Source: Bryobacterales bacterium
GTDB lineage: Bacteria > Acidobacteriota > Terriglobia > Bryobacterales > UBA6623
Length of the DNA stretch: 64,000 bases
Direction: 5' to 3'
Assembly (NCBI GenBank): GCA_965218615.1
Contig: CBDCLH010000008.1
Coordinates: 497,846 to 561,845, forward strand
Shown here: one piece after another, positions 55,825 through 64,000 of the stretch
Position numbering within the stretch: the first letter of the stretch is position 1
Layout: each line of letters begins with the position of its first letter
Notes under the pieces: generated by a model
Database searches by the model: none
The model's input: only the letters and a program-made list of their open reading frames with translations
What the model was told of the DNA's origin: nothing
Translations under genes and position numbers: made by a program

Positions 55825-56454
55825 CTACCTCGCTCTGCGGATCGTCACGTATCCGCCTCGGGCTCCCGGCACGGCGCCGCGCACCAAGATGACGTTCTCA
55901 TCGGGCTGCACGTCAACGATCACCAGGCCGCGGACCGTGACGCGCTTGCCGCCCATGCGGCCGGGCAAGCGCACGCCCTTGAACACGCGGGCGGGGTCGG
56001 CGCTCTGGCCGATCGAGCCCGGCGCGCGGTGGAACATGGAGCCGTGCGTGGCGCCTCCACCCCGGAAGTTGTGCCGCTTGACGACGCCCTGGAACCCTTT
56101 ACCCTTGCTAGAGCCGATCACGTCGACCTTTTCGTTCGGCCGGAAGTCCTGCGCCAGGATACGGTCCCCCGGCTGGAACGTGTCGGCGTCCCCATCGAGC
56201 CGGAACTCGCGCAGGAAGCGCACCGGCTCCACGCCTGCCTTGGCGAAATGCCCGCGCGCCGGCTTGTTGACGAGCTTGTCCCGCAGGAAGTCCACCAAGC
56301 CCACTTGGATGGCGTCGTAGCCGTCCCTCGCAGCGCTCTTGCGCTGCACGATGACGCACGGTCCGGCCTGCAGCACCGTGACCGGCACCACACGCCCTTC
56401 TTCGTCGAAGCGCTGCGTCATGCCAATTTTCTTTCCTAGGATCCCGGGCGCCAT
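55825..56454 (-). CDS. rplC: 50S ribosomal protein L3
   Basis: ..[25 protein letters not shown].+VQ.K....DGY.A.Q.G.......[18 protein letters not shown].......+..G......F.....VDV.G.SKGKGF.GV+KRHNF.GG.A.HGS...R.PGSIG. Confidence 0.97.
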   Translation of the reverse strand: MAPGILGKKIGMTQRFDEEGRVVPVTVLQAGPCVIVQRKSAARDGYDAIQVGLVDFLRDKLVNKPARGHFAKAGVEPVRFLREFRLDGDADTFQPGDRILAQDFRPNEKVDVIGSSKGKGFQGVVKRHNFRGGGATHGSMFHRAPGSIGQSADPARVFKGVRLPGRMGGKRVTVRGLVIVDVQPDENVILVRGAVPGARGGYVTIRRAR

Positions 56455-56503
56455 GGCGTCATGTTCTCCTGCAGCTGCCTGCCTCGTCCCCTCGACTGCG
56501 CGC

Positions 56504-56821
56504 CTACGAACCGAAGGCCTTGATCTCGACGTCCACGCCGGCAGGCAGGTCGAGGCGCATGAGCGCGTCGACCGTATCCTGCGTCGGCTTCAGAATGTCC
56601 AGCAGCCGTTTGTGCGTGCGGATCTCGAACTGCTCCCGGGAGCGCTTGTCGGCGTGCACCGAGCGCAACACCGTGTACTTGTTCTTGACGGTCGGCAACG
56701 GGATCGGCCCCGCGATTTCGGCGCCCGTCCGCAGCGCCGTCCCAACGATCTCGCCGGTCGATTGATCGAGTACGCGGTAATCGTACGCCTTCAGGCGGAT
56801 CCGGATTCTTTCCTTCGGCAT
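56504..56821 (-). CDS. rpsJ: 30S ribosomal protein S10
   Basis: ..+[14 protein letters not shown]...IV.TA.RTGA...GPIPLPT....YTVLRS.H.DK.SREQFE.RTHKRL+DI..PT..TVDALM+[12 protein letters not shown]. Confidence 0.97.
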   Translation of the reverse strand: MPKERIRIRLKAYDYRVLDQSTGEIVGTALRTGAEIAGPIPLPTVKNKYTVLRSVHADKRSREQFEIRTHKRLLDILKPTQDTVDALMRLDLPAGVDVEIKAFGS

Positions 56822-56861
56822 CGCTGTCGGTGTCCTTCCAATTCCCGCGTCCTGGTCCGGG

Positions 56862-58049
<1,188 letters not shown>

Positions 58050-58087
58050 CTTCGTGTGTCCTCGTTGTGCTGCGAACCCTGACGGCC

Positions 58088-60175
58088 TCAACGGACCGCC
58101 TTGCCGCGCATGCGGCTGACGATTTCCTCCTGCACCGCGGCAGGCGCCTGTTCGTAGGCGCTCAGGTGCATGGTGTAGCTGCCCCGGCCCTGGGTGCGTG
58201 ACCGCAAATCCGTGGCGTATCCAAACATCTCCGCCAGCGGCACGAAGCCCTTGATCACCTGGGTGGAACCACGTAGATCCATGCCCTCGATCCGGCCGCG
58301 TCGGGTATTGATATCGGCGATCACATCGCCCATGTACTCTTCCGGAACCACGACTTCAATGGCCATGACGGGCTCCAGCAGCGCAGGCTTGGCGCGGCCC
58401 ACAGCATGCTTCCAGGCCATCGAGCCGGCCACCTTGAAGGCGACCTCGGAACTGTCCACCTCGTGGTAGCTGCCATCGTAGACGGCGATCCGGACGCCCA
58501 CCGTCTCGTAGCCGGCTAGCACGCCATTGGCGAGGGCCTCCCGGACGCCCTTCCGAACCGCCGGCAGGAACTCCTTGGGGATAGCGCCGCCGAAGATCTC
58601 GTCGACGAACTCAACCGTGTCGCCTTCCAGAGGCTCGACGCGGATTTTGCAGTGCCCGTACTGACCGCGGCCGCCGGACTGCCGCACAAAGCGGCCCTCG
58701 CCCTCCGCGGCCCGGCGAATCGTTTCGCGGTAGGCGACTTGCGGCCGGCCAATGTCCGCAGCGACCTGGAACTCACGCAGCAGGCGGTCGACCAGGATCT
58801 CGAGGTGTAACTCGCCCATGCCCGAAAGAATGGTCTGCCCGGTCTCGGCGTCCGACTCCACCCGAAAGGTGGGATCCTCCTGGGCCAGCCTCGCGAGAGC
58901 CATGCCGATCTTCTGCTGATCGGCCTTTGTCTTGGGCTCGATCGCCAGCGACAGGACGGGGTTGGGGAACTCGATTTGCTCGAGCATGATCGGCTCGGAG
59001 GCGTCGCAGATCGTGTCGCCCGTCTGGACGGTCTTGAGCCCGACCACCGCCACGATGTCCCCGGCCTGCGCGTCCCGCAGGTCCTCGCGCTTGTTCGCGT
59101 GCATGCGCAGCAGCCTGCCGACGCGCTCGCGCCGGCGCCTGAACACGTTGAAGACGGAGCCGCCAGCCCGGAAGGCGCCGGAGTAGACCCGCACGAAGGC
59201 CAGTTGACCGACGAAGGGATCGGTCAGAATCTTGAACACCAGCGCCGAAAAGGGCGCCTCGTCGCGAGCCTCGCGAGTCAATGCGCGCCCCCCGTCCAGC
59301 GCGGAACCCTGGACCGGAGGCACGTCGAGCGGCGCCGGCAGATAATCCACGACCGCATCGAGGAGCCGTTGCACGCCCTTGTACTTGAAGGCGGACCCGC
59401 ACAGCACCGGCGTGATCCGCATGGCGATCGTGGCGCGCCGGATCGCCGCTTGCAACTCGTCCTTCCCGATCGCACCGCCATCGACGTAACGCTCGAAGAG
59501 CGCCTCGTCCTCCTCGGCGACCTTTTCGATCATCTTCTCGCGGCGGTCGCGAGCTTCCTCACGCAACTCGTCCGGGATCTCACCGACATCGTATTCCGCG
59601 CCAAGCGTCCCATCCTTCCAGAAGATCCCCCGCATCTCGACCAAGTCAACGACGCCGCGCAGGCGGTCCTCGGCGCCGATCGGCAACTGGATGGCGACCG
59701 GGTTGGCCTTGAGGCGGCCGATCATGGTTTGGACGGCGTAGTCGAAGTTCGCCCCCACGCGGTCCATCTTGTTGATAAAAGCTACCCGCGGAACGCGGTA
59801 CTTGTCCGCCTGGCGCCAAACAGTCTCGGACTGCGTCTGCACGCCGGCAACCGCGTCGAACAAGGCGATGGCGCCGTCGAGCACGCGCAGGGAGCGTTCC
59901 ACCTCGGCCGTAAAGTCAACGTGGCCAGGGGTGTCAATGATGTTGATCTGGTGATCGCGCCAGTAGCAGGTCGTCGCGGCCGAGGTAATGGTAATGCCGC
60001 GCTCCTGCTCCTGCTCCATGTAGTCCATGGTGGCGGTGCCGTCGTGCACTTCTCCCATGCGGTGCAGACGCCCGGTGTAGTAGAGGATGCGCTCGGTGGT
60101 CGTCGTCTTGCCGGCATCGATATGGGCGGCGATGCCGATGTTGCGGTACTGCGCGAGCGGGACTTGGCGGGGCAT
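58088..60175 (-). CDS. fusA: Elongation factor G
   Basis: [27 protein letters not shown]+.[28 protein letters not shown].+..[25 protein letters not shown]....[27 protein letters not shown]. Confidence 0.98.
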   Translation of the reverse strand: MPRQVPLAQYRNIGIAAHIDAGKTTTTERILYYTGRLHRMGEVHDGTATMDYMEQEQERGITITSAATTCYWRDHQINIIDTPGHVDFTAEVERSLRVLDGAIALFDAVAGVQTQSETVWRQADKYRVPRVAFINKMDRVGANFDYAVQTMIGRLKANPVAIQLPIGAEDRLRGVVDLVEMRGIFWKDGTLGAEYDVGEIPDELREEARDRREKMIEKVAEEDEALFERYVDGGAIGKDELQAAIRRATIAMRITPVLCGSAFKYKGVQRLLDAVVDYLPAPLDVPPVQGSALDGGRALTREARDEAPFSALVFKILTDPFVGQLAFVRVYSGAFRAGGSVFNVFRRRRERVGRLLRMHANKREDLRDAQAGDIVAVVGLKTVQTGDTICDASEPIMLEQIEFPNPVLSLAIEPKTKADQQKIGMALARLAQEDPTFRVESDAETGQTILSGMGELHLEILVDRLLREFQVAADIGRPQVAYRETIRRAAEGEGRFVRQSGGRGQYGHCKIRVEPLEGDTVEFVDEIFGGAIPKEFLPAVRKGVREALANGVLAGYETVGVRIAVYDGSYHEVDSSEVAFKVAGSMAWKHAVGRAKPALLEPVMAIEVVVPEEYMGDVIADINTRRGRIEGMDLRGSTQVIKGFVPLAEMFGYATDLRSRTQGRGSYTMHLSAYEQAPAAVQEEIVSRMRGKAVR

Positions 60176-60208
60176 AGGACCTTCCTGGGTTGCTGTCTCT
60201 CGCCGCCC

Positions 60209-60679
60209 TCACCAACGGAAGTGCGCGAAGGCCTTGTTGGCCTCCGCCATGCGGTGGACGTCGTCCTTCCTCTTGATCGTGCTGCCGCGCCCATGGGCCG
60301 CTTCGAGCAGCTCGGTGCCCAGGCGCTCCTCCATGCGGTGCTCGCTACGCGACCGGGCGTTGCCGATCAGCCAGCGCAACGCGAGCGACTGGCGGCGGTT
60401 GGGTCGGACTTCAACCGGGACCTGGTAGTTGGCGCCGCCCACGCGCCGGGATTTGACCTCGACGACCGGCTTGGCGTTCTCCACGGCCTTCTTGAAAATC
60501 GGCAGCGGATCCTCGCCAGTCCGCTCGCGGATGGAGTCCATCGCCCGATAGAAAATCTTCTCCGAGACGGACTTCTTGCCGTTCCACATCATGCAGTTGA
60601 TGAACTTCGACACGAGGGTCGAGTTGTAGACCGGGTCGGGGACCGGCTCCCGGACAGGAACTTCTCGTCTGCGCGGCAT
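60209..60679 (-). CDS. rpsG: 30S ribosomal protein S7
   Basis: MPRRREV..R...PDPVYNS.LVSKFIN.MM..GKKSV+EKI.Y.A.......+TGE.PL..F.KA+[28 protein letters not shown]+...AR.R.E..M...L..EL+.AA...G...KK+.D.HRMAEAN+AFAH+RW. Confidence 0.97.
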   Translation of the reverse strand: MPRRREVPVREPVPDPVYNSTLVSKFINCMMWNGKKSVSEKIFYRAMDSIRERTGEDPLPIFKKAVENAKPVVEVKSRRVGGANYQVPVEVRPNRRQSLALRWLIGNARSRSEHRMEERLGTELLEAAHGRGSTIKRKDDVHRMAEANKAFAHFRW

Positions 60680-60693
60680 GCCTTCTCCCGGCC

Positions 60694-61071
<378 letters not shown>

Positions 61072-61285
61072 TGTCTCGATCCCTCTCGTCGCTCCGATCC
61101 CGATACCCGCTACTGCCGTCCGCGGACCGCGAAGAGCCACACGCGCCCCTAGGGACGCGAAAGCCCCCACTTCCGCAAAGCTCCGTTGAGCCCCGCGCCC
61201 TCTGCCATAACGGACCCCAGCAGGGATCTTTTCGGCATCGGCGTACGCGGAGCGGCGACCCCCGGAATCCGTTGCAGGATCCCGT

Positions 61286-63334
61286 TCAACTACCGGCTTC
61301 CAGCAACCCCGACCGCGACGGCTTCGCCGGCGAAGCTCTGGAACGACACGAGCGCCAGCCCCGCCTGCGCTCCCATCCGGTAGCCGGGAGACAGGGCGGG
61401 CCGACGCACCGATTCTGCAAGCCATCATAGGCGATCCCAAGGGGATTGTCAAGCGCCGTTTGTACCCGGGTTTGCACCCGTTGCCAGCGATACGACGACC
61501 CCGATCGCCCTTCCGTTGAGAGGCGACGGGGGCCCGGATCCTTGGGCTGGAAAGCCCGGGCCAGGGGGCCTTCGGCGACCGCCACCAGACCCAGGGTCCG
61601 CAGTCGCGGATCGACGGCTCTTGCCGCAATCGCTTCCAGGCGGTCCAGATCCGGGTCCGCCGACATCGAGAGCCGGCGAACGACGTCCTCGAAACTTGCG
61701 CCAGGCGCGTTGGGGGGCGGAAGGTGGAAATATCGGCGTAGCCCACCGTGTGTGATCTGCGAGGCCACTTCGCCCCGTGCGGAGACGCTTACGGAGAGAG
61801 TCTGGCCCGGGCGTTCATTGGGCGGGCGGGCTGCGTTCAACGCCTGCGAAGCGAGCTCGAGCGCCAGAAGAGGTTCCTCGGATCGGCCGGTGAAAGCCAG
61901 GACGCGAGCGATGGCGAGTCGCGCATGCGGACGAACGCTCTCGATGACGGCTTCCGGCGCGCCGCGCGCGAGCTGGACGAACTCGACAGCAGCACCGTCA
62001 ACCTCCGCAGCGGGGGAGCCGGCATCCGTGGACGGATCCCCGTAGGCGTATGCCCGGCTCAGGGCCGCAAGGACTCGGTGAAGATCTGCGCGGAGCGCCG
62101 CCAGACTGCGACGAGCCGCCCCGAGATCACCGCTCGCGATCGCCGCACTGGTCCGCTTCAGATCGAGGATATCCATCAGGGGCCGGCGAAGCTCGCTCGC
62201 CAGTTCCTCGACGAGGGTTCGCGCTCGCTGGAAATCCGCGCTGTGGATCCGATAGGCGGCCAGTCTGAACAGGAGCCCGGTCTTGGTTCGCTCATCGATC
62301 GCGGAATCCAACCGCTCCTCGAGCCGCGCGAAGTAGTCGCCCGAGACGGGCTGGAGGCGCGATCGAATCTGCGCCAGGCGCCCGTCTTGGGACAATCGGG
62401 CGCTGCGGGGCGCCAAGACGGATTCAAATAACGGCGCTTGGCTCGGCGCGTTTGTGTGCGCCCAAGAAGCCAGCTGCCGACCCAGTGCGAACGCAATGGC
62501 ATCTTGGCCTGCGCGTCCTGTAGCGCCGGAGACCCTGTCCGCAGAGACTGCCAAGTAGAGGTTCGCCAACTCCCGGGGAAGGCCTGACCGCATCTCGGAA
62601 AAGATGTGCGCCCGGCCCGCGGGCATGGGCATCACTCCGACCTCATCGGGCGCCGCCAACGGCAGGCCAAAGATTTAGTTCCCGAGCGCGTAGAGATCTG
62701 CGAGCGTGCCCGACGATGCGACTCCCAGCAGGGCACGCTGAAACAGTGCGTCGGCTTCGGCCGGCAGCTTTCGCCGAAGCCTATGCAGTCCCCCGACGAA
62801 TGCGAGTTGGCGCTGGTTGGCCAGGCTCTAAAAATGATCCGCAACGCCTTGCGCGAATCCTGCGGCCGCGCGCGGATCCGTCGTCATGCTATCCAGAGCG
62901 GCGCGAACGCTCGCACGAGGCCCGAGTTCCGACGAGCCCGAGCGGGGCTTCAGGGCTCGCGAGCCGAACTCCGGGCGACACCTCGACGCTGCGGCGGCCA
63001 GCCGAGCAAGCGTGCTGATGGACAACTCATCGTTCAAGTCGCAGTCAACCCGAGACTCAATCCAATACGCCGTCTCGAAGACCCGAACACCGAGTTTCGG
63101 ATCATACCGAGACGCAGCGTCCCCGGGTTTCGACAGAGCGTTGACAACAAGAGCATCCCACCGCATACACCGCGGCTGGCCTACGAGCCGGTCGACTCGA
63201 TCGACAGCCCGTGCCTGTTCGCGCGTGGAGCGACCCTCCGCGCGGTCGACGTCGGGCTCTTGCCCATGCACGCGCAGAGCCGAAGCGAAGAGTAGGCCGA
63301 CCAGTACGATCGGCGCAGCGCGAAGTCTTTCCAT
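61286..63334 (-). pseudogene. Large secreted, mostly alpha-helical hypothetical protein reading frame interrupted by two in-frame stops
   Basis: Listed ORFs 62828..63334 (signal peptide APIVLVGLLFASALRVHG) and 61286..62659 share one frame. The 56 codons between them (SLANQRQLAFVGGLHRLRRKLPAEADALFQRALLGVASSGTLADLYALGN) are protein-like. The stops are TAG 62828-62830 and TAA 62675-62677. The 3' tail (about 61286-61560) is low quality and overlaps the rpsL promoter. Confidence 0.45.
61424..61452 (-). promoter_or_regulatory. Near-consensus sigma-70 promoter upstream of the rpsL super-operon
   Basis: The minus strand reads gcgcTTGACAatccccttgggatcgccTATGATggcttgc. The -35 is TTGACA (61447-61452), the spacer is exactly 17 nt, and the -10 is TATGAT (61424-61429). 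It lies about 345 nt upstream of the rpsL GTG. Confidence 0.6.
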
Positions 63335-63565
63335 TCTTCTCCGCCCTGATTCACGCCGACCGGCTGCCCAAAGTCAAGATCCGAATCGGCCCGATCGCCA
63401 AGCCTCTTGACGGGCGGTTTGGCGCGGCCCATCCGGTTCTCCCCCCCTTGAGACTCGTGCGAGCCGGCTCGAGCGAAAAAACGGATTCACACCGCTCGAA
63501 TCCGAAAAGCGGAATGGAGGGACTTGGCGCTACGGCGCCGGCGGGCGTTCGCCTTGGGGTGCGAA

Positions 63566-64000
63566 CTACTCCTCGAAGTGGCCGTCGATCACGATGCCCA
63601 CGACCGTGTCCGCGACCTCCAGATCCAGCACCCAGTGCTCGTAGTCGTTCTCCCAAAGGTGCGGTCCTTGCTCGCCCTCCGGCAGTTCCAGGCGAGCCAC
63701 CGTGGGATGCGGGTTGCCCACTTTGCTGGTCAGCTCCACGAGGTCCTCGAAGCTGTAGTTCCTCGTGACTTCCAGGTCTTGGTCGACGGGTGAGAGGAGC
63801 GCGAAATCGCGGCTCGCCGCGACACCCATGTGGTCCCCGTCTTCCGGATGCAGTCCGAAGCGCAAGGTATAGATCCCGGAGGGGATCGATTGGTCGCGGT
63901 AGTCCGAGCCCCTGTCCGTGAAGTGCGCCACGCCGAGGAATGCGCCCTCGGGAATGTTGTCGTAGCGCACGCCGAAGGCGCTGACCGGCTCGCCCTCGAA
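63566..64000 (-). CDS. Hypothetical protein, 5'-partial (reading frame open to the window edge)
   Basis: The frame is open from nt 64000 (FEGEPVSAFGVRYDNIPEGAFLGVAHFTDRGSDYRDQSIPSGIYTLRFGLHPEDGDHMGV..WVLDLEVADTVVGIVIDGHFEE*). The composition looks beta-rich and I see no family match by eye. Confidence 0.5.
   Translation of the reverse strand, partial: FEGEPVSAFGVRYDNIPEGAFLGVAHFTDRGSDYRDQSIPSGIYTLRFGLHPEDGDHMGVAASRDFALLSPVDQDLEVTRNYSFEDLVELTSKVGNPHPTVARLELPEGEQGPHLWENDYEHWVLDLEVADTVVGIVIDGHFEE

Overview
The window is GC-rich bacterial chromosomal DNA (about two-thirds G+C by eye, not computed). The gene content suggests Acidobacteriota, but that is an inference. It rests on a CarboxypepD_reg-type TonB receptor, an acidobacterial-style VWA protein, DUF1080 and DUF1549/DUF1553 proteins, and TAT-signal small beta-sandwich proteins.

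**Core region (41.8-61.1 kb, minus strand).** This is one uninterrupted str-S10-spc-alpha ribosomal super-operon: rpsL-rpsG-fusA-tuf-rpsJ-rplCDWB-rpsS-rplV-rpsC-rplP-rpmC-rpsQ-rplNXE-rpsNH-rplFR-rpsE-rpmD-rplO-secY-map-infA-rpmJ-rpsMKD-rpoA-rplQ. Many junctions are ATGA start/stop overlaps. A near-consensus sigma-70 promoter lies about 345 nt upstream of rpsL.

**Rest of the window (0-41.8 kb and 61-64 kb).** This part is housekeeping and accessory:
- envelope glycosylation genes (GT39, GT2, flippase-like)
- a TonB receptor, VWA protein and response-regulator neighbourhood
- an arsenosugar-type ArsS radical-SAM plus AhpD-like pair
- a biotin carboxylase plus BCCP pair
- a DnaC/DnaI-like protein, gluQ, larC, metG and a TatD-family gene
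- a cbiM-X-cbiQ metal-uptake module
- a two-gene predicted surface-protein operon

I could not support any tRNA, rRNA, CRISPR array, transposase or integrase.

**Observations most worth a second look:**
1. Three otherwise recognisable genes carry in-frame nonsense codons (four stops plus one frameshift), while all essential genes are intact.
2. A signal-peptide Ig-like membrane anchor is paired with a 746-aa multi-beta-sandwich secreted protein that contains an internal tandem domain duplication. I cannot place this pair in a characterised family.
3. The cbiM-X-cbiQ module has no adjacent ATPase and carries a non-canonical N-position protein. A 548-bp ORF-free GC-rich region precedes it.
4. 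A 1-kb ORF-free region with a 13-bp inverted repeat and nearby direct repeats lies upstream of the arsenosugar pair.
5. The conserved translation genes show oddities: a roughly 30-aa Lys/Gly insertion in L5, a strongly divergent infA, and no adk.

All family calls come from reading motifs in the supplied translations. No database search was run.
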